A DNA stretch of 64,000 bases from Rebecca billardiae RCC1528. Its lineage: Eukaryota > Protista > Haptophyta. Position numbers and translations under genes: made by a program. Under the pieces are notes generated by a model, which was not told the origin of the DNA, ran no database searches, and was given only the letters and a program-made list of their open reading frames with translations. Below are positions 24,515 through 36,492 of this stretch, one piece after another; the first letter of the stretch is position 1; each line of letters begins with the position of its first letter. The stretch spans positions 1,488,001-1,552,000 of the forward strand of contig OZ251232.1 in NCBI GenBank assembly GCA_965240325.2, in the 5' to 3' direction.

Positions 24515-27303
24515 TCAATTCGTCGTCTTAGCCATGTCGGCCATGCGCGCATCGGCAAACGGCCTGTATCCCTGCCCGATCGTCTGCATCAGGAATTGCA
24601 CGTACAGGCAGATCATGAAGGCCTGCTGCTTGGGGTCCGCGGCGCCGCCGTGGCCACCCTCGATGTTCTCGTAGTACAGCAGCCCGTCGCAGCACTCGGC
24701 CTCCTCCAGACGCGCCACCATTGCGCGCGCGTGGTACGGGTGCACGCGGTCGTCGCGCGTGCTCGTCGTCATGAGCATCGGCGGGTACTGCCGGCGCGGG
24801 TCGATGTTGTGGTACGGCGAGAAGTTTCGCAGGAAGTCCGCCCAGTCGGGCGTGTCTGGGTCGCCATACTCGGCCATCCACGACGCACCCGCGAGCAGCT
24901 TGTTGAAGCGGCGCATGTCGAGGAGCGGCACGGCGCACACGACCGCACCCCACTGCTCAGGGCTGCGTACCAGCATGTTGCCTGCGCGGCCGCGCGCCGC
25001 GCGCCGCGCGAGATGCGCGCGTGAGCCGTGCCGGCAGTAGGCGCGGCGATGCCCCCCGTGGCGCGACGCGCGACCGCGGTCGCGAGGTGCGCGCGCGCGC
25101 GCGCGCGCACACCGACGAGCAAGCCGCCGTTCGAGCCACCGCGGCAGGCGAGCTGCTCGCGCGTGGTGACTCCCAGCTCGACTAGACGCGCGGCCACGGC
25201 CTCGAAGTCTTCGTACGCCTTGTGCCGCTTCTCGCGCAGCGCCGCGCGGTGCCACGCGGGGCCGAACTCGCCGCCGCCTCGGATGTTCGCCTCGACGAAG
25301 CAGCCGCCGCGCTCGAGCCACGCCGCGCCGACCGTCGACATGTAATTCGGAGTGAGCGAGATCTCAAAGCCGCCATAGCCGTATAGCAGTGTCGGCACAG
25401 GCTGCGCCTCGGCGGCAGGCGCGGACGGGCCGGGCGGCGCGGCGGGCGCGGCCGCCTTGGGCCGGACGATGAAGAAGGGCACGCGCGTGCCGTCCTTGGA
25501 CGTGGCGAACTCCTGCGAGACCTCGAGCGTCGACGCGTCGAACTGCGCCGGGAGCGAACGCAGCGGCCGCGCGCCGTCGAGACCGCGCACGCCTGCGGAG
25601 ACCGAGCCGATCGAGAGGGCATGCGGCTGGAGGTGCGACCACCTCGTCAGCCAGACGTCGTCGCCCTCGTCCGCGTCGACCGCGCCGATCGAGAGGCCTC
25701 CGATGAACGGCTCGCGCCCGTCGGACTCGTCGCACGCCCACGCGCCGTCGTCCGAGCACGAGAGAGAGAGCACGCGCGTGCGCACCTCGTCCAGCAGCGT
25801 GCACACCGCCTTGGTGCGCGTGAGCGTGAGCCCGCGCAGCGCGACGCGCTCCGTGGGCTCGAAGAGCGGCGTGAGCGTCGGCTCGCGCCCGCCCGCGCCC
25901 GGAGGCGCGCGGCCGCCCGGCCCGCCCTCCAGGTCCCACGCCAGCTCGTCCACGCGCGCGGCGAGGAGGGTACCCGGCTTGAACCCACGCCACTCGGAGC
26001 GCAGCCGGATGAGCAGCTGGTTCCGGAACTGGCGCAGCGTGCAGTCCTCGGGCACGGCGTCGTCGAGCGAGAGCCAGCCGCCGACCGAGCCGTCGGGCGC
26101 CACACGGCGCAGCCTCCGCTTCGACGTGTAGAAGGAGGGCGAGCGCACGCGCCATTCATACACGTGGCTGGGCGAGGGCGCGCGGTGTCAGGCGGACGTG
26201 GTGTGATGGGGCCGAGCGCGCGCGGCGAGCGAGCGAAGGAAGGCGCGCGCGCCGGAGGGCGGCGTCGGGCGGGAGGGCGGGCGCGTCGCACGTGAGGCGC
26301 GCCTGTGCCGCGCGCACGCGCGCGCGCGCACGCGCGCCGCGCGCGGCGCGGCGCGCACGCACCTGCCGTGGCGCGAGCGGTAGCCGCTGACACTCACATC
26401 CGTTTTCTCCCCACGGTACACTTCGACCGCCGAGCCGAGCGGCGTGCCGCGGCGCCACTCGCGCACGGTGCGCGGGTAGCCCGAGTCCGTCATCGACTCG
26501 CCGTCGCCAAAGTCCGTCCCGACCAGCAGCACGTCGCGCGACTGCCACGCCACGTTCGACTTGGCCTCCGGCAGCACGAAGCCGCCCTCCGCCTCCGGCA
26601 CGAACGCGAGTTTCGTCAAGTCGAACTCGCGGACGACGGTCGCGTCCGCGCCGCCGCGCGAGAGGTGGATGAGCGTGCGCGTGGGCGGCACGCCGGGGCC
26701 TTCGTCGAGCAGCGTCGAGCCCTTGTACACCCAGCTCTCGCCCTCCGCCGCGCACAGCTTGTCCACCGAGAGCACCTCCTCCCACGCCGGCTCTCCGCTC
26801 TCATACGACTCGAGGCTCGTGCGGCGCAGCACGCCGCGCTGGTTGTCCGCGTCGGTCCAGAAGTTGTAGTACAGCTCGCCGATCTTGGAGATGTACGGGA
26901 TCTTGTCCTTCGACGTCAGGATCGCGTGCACGCGCTCGAACAGCGGCGTGCCCGTCGGGTCGCCGAGGCGCTCGAGCGTCTCCGCGTTGTGCTTGCGCAC
27001 CCAATCGAGCGCGCGCTCGCCGAGCACGTCCTCGAGCCACGCGTGCTCGCCCTGGCGCGCCTCCCATCCTTCGACGAGCTGCTCGGCAGAGGGCTCGGCG
27101 GGCTCCGCGCCCGCGCTGCCCGCGGCCGCAACGACGCCAAGGCCGGCGGCCGCCTTGAGCGCCCACCGCGTGCCGCGCTGCGTGGCGGACGGTGCTGGGA
27201 GGATGCGCGCGCCATGGCGGGGCAGGCGGCTCGCGGAGGCAAAGAGGCCGCCCATCGACGTCGCTGCGCACACACCCGACGCGAACGTGAGGATGCGGCG
27301 CAT
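24515..27303 (-). CDS. prolyl oligopeptidase (peptidase S9A); exons 27303-26363, 26167-25113, 24981-24515
   Basis: Motifs WLEDV, SRGGADA, SKDGTRVP, LYGYGGF, ANIRGGGEFG, the catalytic GGSNGGLL, DDRVHP and GGHGG; GT..AG introns restore the frame; N-terminal organellar-targeting-like extension. Confidence 0.95.
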
Positions 27304-27401
27304 CGGGCCACGCGACGACCCTCGACCGGCCGGGCGGTGAGCAATCAGCGCAGCGGAGCGCGCGCGTCGGCGTCGGCGCCTCGGCGGGGAGTCGGGGAAG
27401 A

Positions 27402-28589
27402 ATGATGTCCAATCTGGCCGGCATGGTGGTCTGTAGGCATCCCCCGTGTGATCACGCCGGATGCACCAAGCAGCCGTCGTTCGGCATGCCGGGCGACGCG
27501 CGCGCCAGCCTTTGCGCTGCGCACAAGCTGCCCAGCATGGTCAATGTGAGGAGCCCCAGGTGTGAGCACGTCGGCTGCACCAAGGTGCCATCATACGGCA
27601 TGGCAGGTGACGCGCGCGCCAGCCTTTGCGCTGGGCACAAGCTGGCCGGGATGGTCGACATGAAGAGCCGCAAGTGCGATCACGCCGGCTGCACCACGCG
27701 GCCTTACTTCGGCATGCCGGGCGACGCGCGCGCCAGTCGGTGCGCTGCGCACAAGCTGGCCGTTATGGTCGACGTGGTGAGCCCCAAGTGTGATCACGCC
27801 CACTGCACCAAGTTGGCGTCGTTCGGCATGCCGGGCGACGCGCGCTCCAGCCGGTGCGCTGCGCACAAGCTGGCCGGCATGGTCAATGTGAGGAGCCGCA
27901 GGTGTGAGCACGCCGGCTGCACCACGCGGCCTCACTTCGGCATGGCAGGTGACGCGCGCGCCAGCCTTTGCGCTGCGCACAAGCTGGCCGGCATGGTCAA
28001 CATGGTGAGCCCCAGGTGTGATCACGTCGGCTGCACCAAGGTGCCATCATACGGCATGCCGGGCGACGCGCGCGCCAGCCGGTGCGCTGGGCACAAGCTG
28101 GCCGGGATGGTCGACGTGAGGAACCGCAAGTGCGATCACGCCGGCTGCACCAAGGTGCCGTCGTTCGGCATGCCGGGCGACACGGGCGCCAGTCGGTGCG
28201 CTGCGCACAAGCTGACCGGCATGGTCGACGTGAAGAGCTTGAAGTGTGACCACGTCGGCTGCACCACGCAGCCTGGCTTCGGCATGCCGGGCGACGCGCG
28301 CGCCACCCGGTGCGCTGCGCACAAGCTGCCTGCCATGACGCGCGTTTACAAGCGCGGGCTGGAGCAGGGCACGAGCACCAAAGTATCGAGCGCCGCCAAG
28401 CGACAGCGGAAGCGCACCGGCAGCACAGCCACTGCCTCAGACGTCTCAGCGCCGCAGCCGCGGGGGCGGTCGCACGACTCGCGGCTGCCGCCTCCGCTTG
28501 AAGCGTGGGTCACAGTGCCCTGCGTCGTCGCATCGGCGCCCCCGCATGTACCTGTGGTGATGGCGAGGCGGGTCGACACTACTGACTAG
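27402..28589 (+). CDS. EsV-1-7 cysteine-rich repeat protein (8 x 38-aa repeats) with C-terminal basic NLS-like tail
   Basis: Eight tandem C-x4-C-x3-P-x-F/Y-G-x-P-G-x6-C-x2-H-K-x2-G-M-V-D/N-V units (114 bp each), a KRQRKR motif, and no introns. Confidence 0.9.
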   Translation: MMSNLAGMVVCRHPPCDHAGCTKQPSFGMPGDARASLCAAHKLPSMVNVRSPRCEHVGCTKVPSYGMAGDARASLCAGHKLAGMVDMKSRKCDHAGCTTRPYFGMPGDARASRCAAHKLAVMVDVVSPKCDHAHCTKLASFGMPGDARSSRCAAHKLAGMVNVRSRRCEHAGCTTRPHFGMAGDARASLCAAHKLAGMVNMVSPRCDHVGCTKVPSYGMPGDARASRCAGHKLAGMVDVRNRKCDHAGCTKVPSFGMPGDTGASRCAAHKLTGMVDVKSLKCDHVGCTTQPGFGMPGDARATRCAAHKLPAMTRVYKRGLEQGTSTKVSSAAKRQRKRTGSTATASDVSAPQPRGRSHDSRLPPPLEAWVTVPCVVASAPPHVPVVMARRVDTTD

Positions 28590-28720
28590 AGTCGTCGACT
28601 CCTGTTACCGGTAGTTCTTCCGCCGGCACTGAGTGCGATCGGACCGCGTCGCTGCGGCCTGATCGACGAATATTCGATGACGACATCCGTGAATAATAAG
28701 ATGATATAGCGCTGAGCTTA

Positions 28721-30635
28721 TGACCGCGTTCCGCGGTCCTTTTCCGTAGAACGAACGTAGTTCGGGGCCCGCGGTGGCGGTGCACCCTCCGTCGCACCCT
28801 CCGTCGCGATCGAGAGTGGGCCCGCCCGGCCGCGAGCCCGGCAGCGAGTAGACTCCAGCGGCGCGCCGCCGCCCGCCGCGCGGCCGGGCGGGCCCATCGC
28901 AGCCGCCGGCGAGGCGCCGATTGTGTACAGTCGAAGTCATGGCCGACTGAGATCGTCGGCACGCGCTGCTGCTGCGAGATCGTCGGCGTCGGCACGCGCT
29001 GCTGCTGCGAGGGCTGCTCGCTCGCCAGCTGACCGAGGCACTCGAGCAAGCCAAGGTATGAGCACGCCTCGTCGCAGCCAGCCAGGGCCTCCATGATTTT
29101 GTACAGCACCTCGCACGCGTCCTGCTGCTGCTGCCCAAACGCCGTTGTCCACCGACAGACCTCCGCGATCGCGTCGTGGAGCGGCTCGAGCAAGCTACGC
29201 GTCGGCCCCACCTCGCTGGGCCACTCGCAGTTGACATGCGCGAGCGCCAGCGAGCGCATGCTCGGGACACGATGGGGTTGGTGGACTGCTCAGCCGCGGC
29301 AGATGTGGCGAGCGAGACGATGGAAGGGCACGCGAGCAGCGCCGCCAGCAGCGAGCCGAGGTAGCACGTGACGCCTAGGTTGAGCGTGCCCAGCAGGCTG
29401 AGCGAGCCGGCCGGGCGCCCCCGCTGCGGCTGTGCTTTCTCTGCAGCGGGCATTTCCCCGTCGAGCGCGGCGAGTGCCGCAAAGCGGCTGCCAGCTGTTG
29501 GGCCGGGTGAGGAGGAGGGAGGGAGCTGGCCTGCGGGGCGCGTGGTGAAGTCGGTGATCAGTCGCGTCGCGCTCCCCCTGCCGATTGCGCCTTCGTCCTC
29601 CAGCACGGTGCGGACCTTGCGAACGAAGTTGTAGATCGACCATTTGGGCACGTTGTACTTCACCGCCGCAGAGGGCACGTCCTGCTTGTGCCTCACGACT
29701 GAGATGGCAGCAGCGATGCTCTGGAGCGTGCTCTTAGCCACCTTCTTCACTGCCCCGGATTCGAGCAGCACGTTCAATACGCGGCGAGCGCGGTCCTCGT
29801 CGGCGTCGCCAGCTGAGTTGTTGTCGCGACGGACCGCCGGGTTGCTTGCACGCCGTCGCGCCCGGGCTGCAGGCGATCGTGCGCGAGCTCGAGCGCGCGG
29901 CGGCGCCGCTATCCGTGCACCAGCTGGCGGGGACGCTCGGCCCGGAGCTCGGAACCAATGAGCGCGCACAGGCTCTCGAGGCGCCCGGCGGCGGCGGCGC
30001 GACAACTGGCTCGCCAGAGGGCAAAAGGCCAATAGCTACTCCCAATTCCCGAAGGCTGATGATGAATACGCACACGTGCGCCTGATGAATATCGATGATA
30101 TTCTGCTCGACCCCGGCGTAGCAGTCCACGAACCATATATACATTACAATGTATGAAAACGAAGCGGTGCAAATGATGTTCTCCAGTATAGTGGATACGA
30201 CCCCGACGAAGCGATTTTATGCCTGCGTGAACCATACATATGAATACGAAGCGCGGTGCAAATGTTCTCCAGTAGTGAATACGACCCCGACGAAGCCAAT
30301 ATATATCGGTTGGTTACTTCGCTGATCCCGTAAGGACGTGCAAAAATAGCCTCAAAGAAGCTGACGCTTGTATTGGACTTGTAACCGTCCTACTTCACAC
30401 AGAAGTGAACTCTCACGCCCGGCCGTCCACGATTGATTAGGGGAATGTCGTGGGCGCGGTTTTTTTCTCCGTGATGCATCTGTAGAGAGGGTCTCAAAAT
30501 TCGAAACTCGGTCTCCGCCAGCCCTAAAAATCGGCCCCCGCGTCCCTTTTTCTTGATCAAAGATCTTTTTGAAACGTGGTTCGGGCCCGCTGGTGCGGGC
30601 TCCACGCTGCGCGCTCCGCCCTGCACCGCGGGCCA
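28721..30635. mobile_element. asymmetric-end DNA element, family X copy 1, carrying an HTH-USP gene fragment
   Basis: End A TGACCGCGTTCCGCGGTCCTTTT at 28721 and end B ...CCCTGCACCGCGGGCCA at 30635. Both ends are shared with 30639-32255 (inverted) and 37866-39161. Flanks are TTA and TAA. Confidence 0.8.
28930..29860 (-). pseudogene. HTH (psq/CENP-B-like) plus ubiquitin-specific protease (C19) N-terminal catalytic fragment, frameshifted and truncated
   Basis: SAAVKYNVPKWSIYNFVRK (HTH_psq-like); GTLNLGVTCYLGSLLAALLACP (USP Cys box); after a frame change near 29265, QQQDACEVL (QQD box). No His box appears before the element end. Confidence 0.7.
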
Positions 30636-30782
30636 TAATGGCCCGCGGTGCAGGGCGGAGCGCGCAGCGTGGAGCCCGCACCAGCGGGCCCGAACCACGT
30701 TTCAAAAAGATCTTTGATCAAGAAAAAAGGGACGGGGGGCGATTTTTAGGGCTGGCGGAGACCGAGTTTCGAGTTTTTGAGA
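30492..30782. repeat. ~290-bp near-perfect palindrome formed by tail-to-tail junction of two family X elements around TAA (30636-30638)
   Basis: ...CACCGCGGGCCA-TAA-TGGCCCGCGGTG..., with arms complementary over ~145 bp. Confidence 0.95.
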
Positions 30783-32255
30783 TCGCATAGAGAGGTCTAT
30801 TAGGCCGAAAATAAGCGCGTCCAGCTCATTCCCTTAAGTAAAGTGCGATCTGGACGTCAGCTGGACGTGACATTAACGTAACGGTTCGTTACGAGCGCGA
30901 TTTTGTGGGTAGACTCTCGTTCATGTGTGATAGTTTGCCTCCGCCTTGATGAATATGAACTTGGCTTCGCGGCGGTTGGTATCTAGAGTCTAAAACCCGC
31001 AAGCCTTATTGAAAATACCCGCGCAGCTATTCGTTGCCAGCCCATTCCATAGTCACTGACTTACCGAGCTGGCGAGCTCAAAACCTGCCGTCGTCGCAAG
31101 GACGACGTGCTGTGCAGGTTTCTTCTGCTGGGGTGGCGAGCGAGCCTCGACGACTCTTGGTTGGTCCGCAAGGGGGCGCTCGATGGGCAGGTGCGCGTGG
31201 CAAGTGCCGAGTGGCGCCTGGAGCGCGCGTCTGCGGCGGGTCCCGACGGCCGTCGACATCGCGTTCGTGCCCGCTCACTAGTCACTCCGCACGCCCCTGC
31301 CGCGCCCTGTCGATGCCTGCGCGGCCGGCCGGCGCGCGGCCGCGCCGCCGCCGCCGCAGCCGCCGCCCTGTGTTCGGGCTCTCGCAAGCTCGGGGGCAGC
31401 GGCGCATGATGCCGGACTGATCGATCTCGGAGTCTCCGACTTCACCACACGCCCCCCTTGCCATGCCTCTCCGCCAGGGTCTCCCAGAACTCTTCTTCAG
31501 AGCAGGCGCAAGTCGAACTCGGAACTGGCCGCGGCCCCGCGCGCCGTCGGCTCCCCGTGGCTGTCAGCTCCGCGTGGCCTGGGCGCCTGGCGTGCCCAGA
31601 GCTGGCCGTGCCTCTGCGACGCGTGCCGAGCCTGACCGAGGTGTGTCACCCCGTGCACGCGCGGCGCGCGCAAGCACCGGTGCTGCATGGCTGCTCGCAC
31701 CGTGCTCCCTGGCTCGCGGTCAGTCAGCTCGGCCGCGTGGTGCCTGGTGTGCACGTAGAGTCGCGCTCATGCGTCGCTCACGCCTCGCGCCCGCCTGTCG
31801 GCCGTCGCGCAGGCGCGCAGGTCGAACCCTACTGACCTGCAGATCATCTACTCCTGCGCTGCTGGCGTCGCGGCGACGACGGTCAGCGGCAGGCCCGAAC
31901 GAACGGTCGAATCCGCGCGGTCCCGCGCCGTCCGGCTCCCTGGCTGTCAGTCAGCTCCGCCGGTGGCCTGGCGTGCAAGAGTCGCGCTCGTGCGTCGATC
32001 ACGCCGAGTCGCATCCGCCTGTCGGCCGTCGCGCACGCGCAGGGGGTCAGGTAAGGGCCGTCTGTGATGAGGGCAGCTCGGCCGACGACCGACATCCACA
32101 CTCGGCGCACGCCGGCGGCGGCGCGGCGCTGGGGCGGCGCGCCGCTGGATGGAGTCTAGTTACACGTGTACGGGACGACTGCGACGGAGGGTGCACCGCC
32201 ACCGCGGGCCCCGAACTACGTTCGTTCTACGGAAAAGGACCGCGGAACGCGGTCA
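30639..32255. mobile_element. family X copy 2 (inverted), non-coding internal degenerate repeats
   Basis: End B reverse complement from 30639 matches 38880-39161 over ~260 bp. End A reverse complement ending at 32255 has ~75 bp identical to 28721-28796. Confidence 0.8.
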
Positions 32256-32601
32256 TATATTTGAGTTTGTTACGACCGCAGATGAATGAATCCAGATGCA
32301 AGACCGATAACACTTAACAGTGCCAGCATATTATGACATGCATGACTCTGAGTCAGAGTGTCCCGGTCGTATACTACTATACGACGATTCCGGTAGCGTC
32401 AGCAGTAGCGCAGACTGCCGCCATCAGCAAGCCGCCATCATCATATCATCGAAGACATATATATATTGTCACTACTCAAGTCATGCCGCCCATGCGGCAC
32501 GACTGCGGTCTGCGCGGCCGCCGCCCATCCCGCATCCGAACCGGCCCGCGCGCGCCGCGCTGACTGGCTAGCTGACGACTCATCATCATCATCTAATCAT
32601 A

Positions 32602-32723
<122 letters not shown>

Positions 32724-32817
32724 GAGTCTCTCTCGTCACTGACAATTTTATGCCTGGTGACACTGAGCCTGAGGACCGCGCGGCCGTCGTCCAGGATCGT
32801 AGCCTATCGGATCGCGC

Positions 32818-32958
<141 letters not shown>

Positions 32959-33072
32959 TAGTCGTAATTAAGTCGTCACGGACTGTCGTGTAGTTACTGC
33001 TGTGACGCAAACCCGGAGCACCCAGCTGCGGCAGAGGCACCGAGCCGACCGCTGAAGCGCCAGTGAGATGAA

Positions 33073-34344
33073 TCAGGGTCCCCTCGCCCGGAGACCGATC
33101 ATGGCCCAATCCAACCATGCTTGCGCTACTCGCGCCACGTCATGATGCCGATGATGCGGCTGACGCTTGATGCCTGGCGATGATGACAGTCCAGCCAGCG
33201 AAGCCCGTGCTCTCTGACAGCTCTCCGACGAAGACTGTTCCGCCTGCGCCTCGCAGAACCAGTGTGCCTGCGCCCCACCTGGGAGGAGCGTCGCCGGCCG
33301 CCAAAACCCCTGCGGGAGCCAGACCTTCGCCTGCCGGCCGGCGATGATCCCAGCCTCAGAGAGCCCGCTGACGCCTGACACGAACACGCGCGCATGCGCA
33401 AAGTCAGCGATGATCTGCAGCACGGAGGAGTTGCGCGGGAGGAGCGTGTAATTCGCCGTGTCCCCATCACCAGCCATACTAGTATGATCGAAGTAACGCG
33501 CAGGATCGCCATCCGAGTGCACATACACGGGGCTGCCAGGGTGCGTCTGCTGGATGCGTCGCAGGACGTGGGGCAGCTCACGAGCGGCTCGGGCGAGCAT
33601 CTTTGGCCGCGTGGTGCGCTCGTCCCACCTGTTTTCCTCAAGCGCGTCTCCCAGTCGCACGTGCGCGACGATGGCGTCTGCCGGGAGCCGGCGCTCAGGA
33701 ATCAGACCGCGCGCGGCGTTCGCAAATGCCTCCATGTTGTGCAGCGCCTTCCGTCTCCGCTCGGGGACGCGCACGTCCAGGAGCGATTCCATTGAGCTCC
33801 ACGCGCTCACCAGTGCCATCGTCACGTTCGCTGGCGGGCAACGATCCCCACTCGCCCGGGCGTGCGAGTGAACCCCCGAGGCAAGGTCGGACACCGGGAC
33901 AATGCTGTTAGCCATGCCGAGATGCGGCAGGCCGCCCAGGCCGTTTTCGAAGCGCCGGACGACCTGACGGACTGCGGCCGCCACCTCGGTGTGTTCGTCT
34001 TTGTCAAGATGGCTTATCTTCCAGGAGCTGGCGTGGGTCTCCATGAACACGTCCGCATCGAACACCATGCCCTCCACGCCATGCAACGCTATCACCGAGA
34101 AGAGATTCGTGAGCTGGCTGCCCACGCCGTCATGAAACAGCTGGATGAGGCGGAGAGGAGGTGCATCCGGGTCACACGCGCCGTACGGGTTGATTCTGAT
34201 TCGGTCGCACCAGCACGCCGGTGGCCGAGCGACGAGGAGCAGGACGAGTGCCATCTGCATGCGGTCCAATACCGTCGTCGCCATGCTGACTCTGAATGCC
34301 GACTGGCCGCCAGGCGCCATCCTGAAGTTAGTGAGCACTGTCAC
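33073..34344 (-). CDS. GT-B fucosyltransferase-like glycosyltransferase (GT11/GT23/NodZ-type motifs), intronless; true start uncertain
   Basis: DGVGSQLTN (G.GNQ-like), IVAHVRLGD (HxRxGD GDP-sugar motif), VYVHSD and ARVFVSGVSGLS, plus a hydrophobic N-terminal signal/anchor. Confidence 0.7.
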   Translation of the reverse strand: MTVLTNFRMAPGGQSAFRVSMATTVLDRMQMALVLLLVARPPACWCDRIRINPYGACDPDAPPLRLIQLFHDGVGSQLTNLFSVIALHGVEGMVFDADVFMETHASSWKISHLDKDEHTEVAAAVRQVVRRFENGLGGLPHLGMANSIVPVSDLASGVHSHARASGDRCPPANVTMALVSAWSSMESLLDVRVPERRRKALHNMEAFANAARGLIPERRLPADAIVAHVRLGDALEENRWDERTTRPKMLARAARELPHVLRRIQQTHPGSPVYVHSDGDPARYFDHTSMAGDGDTANYTLLPRNSSVLQIIADFAHARVFVSGVSGLSEAGIIAGRQAKVWLPQGFWRPATLLPGGAQAHWFCEAQAEQSSSESCQRARASLAGLSSSPGIKRQPHHRHHDVARVAQAWLDWAMIGLRARGP

Positions 34345-34638
34345 TGAGCACTTGTAACAGTCATTGCTGCTAAGAGTCGTTCACTCGTTGCACCGAAGGA
34401 ATGATGAAAGGGGGGAGGCACACAGCTCACTGGGCAAGGCTCCTAAGGCAGGCTAGATGCCACCCACATCGAAATGTGGGGAGTGACCGAGTGAGTGGGC
34501 TCTCAGTGAGGGACTCCTTCATCATCGGCGTCGTCGTCAGTGTCACTCGGGCTGTTCATGTTGGCGGTTGGCGGCTCCAACGCCCTACGAAGCTGAAGCT
34601 GAAGTTCGCCACCAGGTCCAGGGCATCGGCCACCGCCG

Positions 34639-34647
34639 TCAGCGCGA

Positions 34648-34679
<32 letters not shown>

Positions 34680-34939
34680 GCTGCATCTCGGCGAGCTCGT
34701 CCTTCGCGTCGAGCACGAGCGAGAAGGCGGTAGAGAACTTCTGCTGCTCGACAAGGGGCAGGGAGTCGCTCACGCGCCCGATCTCGGCGTACAGCTCGTC
34801 CAGGATCTTCGCCATCCCGCGGCGCTTCGAGCTCTTGGACGAGGTGCCCGGGCCGTTCGAGCCGCCGCCGCCGCTGTGCGCACCCGCTGCGGGCGTGTTC
34901 TGCGCCTTGGCGGGCGCCTTGGCGGGAGTGCCATGCGCA

Positions 34940-34974
<35 letters not shown>

Positions 34975-36492
34975 CCCGCTCGTCGGCTGGCGCGCAGTGC
35001 GGCCCGTTGATGAGTCGAGGAGGGCGAGCACGTCCGCGTGCTTGCGCTCGAGCGCCTTGTCGCGTGCTGTCTCGCCCGATCCATCCTTCGCGAGCACGCT
35101 CGCCCCGGCCTCCAGCAGCACCCTGGCCACCTGCGCGCACGCGCGGACGTGGGCCGCAGCAGCGGTGAGCGCCGGGGCACGCGCGGTTCAGCGCGGGCGG
35201 CGGGGCCGCGCGGCCGCCGCTCAGCACGCCGCCGCACCTCTGTCGAGCCATTCGCCGAGGCCGAGTGCAGCGGCGTCGAGCCCACCTTGTTCACGCCGTC
35301 CACAGCCGCGCCATGCTCGAGCAGCCAGCGCGCGGTGTGCGCGCTGTCGCGCACAGCTGCCCAGTGCAGCGCGGTGTGACCGAGCGCGTTGCTCTGCTGT
35401 GCGCCTGCAGTGCGCCGTGCACGAGTGCGCGCGCGCAGCGGCGGAGGGTGCGCGGGAGGGCGCGGGTGAGAGCGGGGCGGCGCGCATGCGCCCGGCGTGA
35501 GCCTTGCAGGCTACGCGCGCACCGAGGAGCCCGACGTCGGCGGCGAGCAGCGCGTCGAGCGTGGCTGTGTCCCCCACCTTGGCGGCCTCCAACCACCGCA
35601 CAGAGGGAGGCGCGTCCGCGGGCACGCGCGGGCCGGGCGAGGCGGAGGAGGAGCTGCCGCCACCCGGGCTGACCGCGCCGTCGCGCGGCTGCCCCGTGCC
35701 CGCACCGCCGCCGGCGGCGGCGAGCTTCGCCTCCGCCGCCTTGGCCCGCTTCGTCGCCTTCTTTCTCCTGTTGCGCGCGGCGTTGGCGCCTCGAGCGCCG
35801 CCGGCACCGCCGCCGCCGCCGCCGCCGCCCCTGCGCATGCCGCGCAGTCCGCCACCAAAGGCGCCGGCGCCGCCCATGAGCTCCATCATCGCGATCATCT
35901 CGGCCATCTCGTCGTCGTCCTCGTCAAAGTCGAGCTCGTCGAGATCGAACCCAGCCCCGCCCTCCATCATCATCGCCATCAGCATGGCTTCCGCGCCGCC
36001 ACCCGCGCCGCGGCCGAGGCCGCCCACCTCGGCGAAGGGCACGCGCGTGCCGTCCGGCATGAGCACCTTGCCGTCCGCGTCGCCCTGCCCGAGGCTCGCC
36101 TTGAGGTACGACTGGAACGAGCGCTGCATCTCTTCGCGCTCGTCGTCGTCGGCCACGTCCAGCCCCTCCATCGCCATCAGCTCGGCAAAGATGTCGCCGA
36201 AGGAGCCGCCGGGGCCGAACATGGCGTCCATGAACTCGTCGATGTCGAAGCCGTCCATGTCCGCCTCGCCGTACTGGTCGTAGCTGCTCCGCTTCGTGCT
36301 GTCGCTCAGCACGGCGTACGCGGCCGAGATCTGCTGGAACTTGGCCGTCGCCTCGGGGTCGGACGCGTTCTTGTCGGGATGGAAGAGCAGCGCGAGCTTG
36401 CGGAAGGCTCGCTTGATGTCATCGTCGCTCGCGCCGCGCTCGACGCCCAGCCTGGCGTACAGGTCGGCGGCGTGCGGGTCGGCAGGCGGCAT
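34639..36492 (-). CDS. DnaJ-domain protein with ankyrin repeats; 3 exons
   Basis: J domain DLYARLGV...[14 protein letters not shown]...[13 protein letters not shown]; ankyrin repeats [18 protein letters not shown] and GETARDKA; GC-run introns ~35515-35396 and ~35238-35132. Confidence 0.9.
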
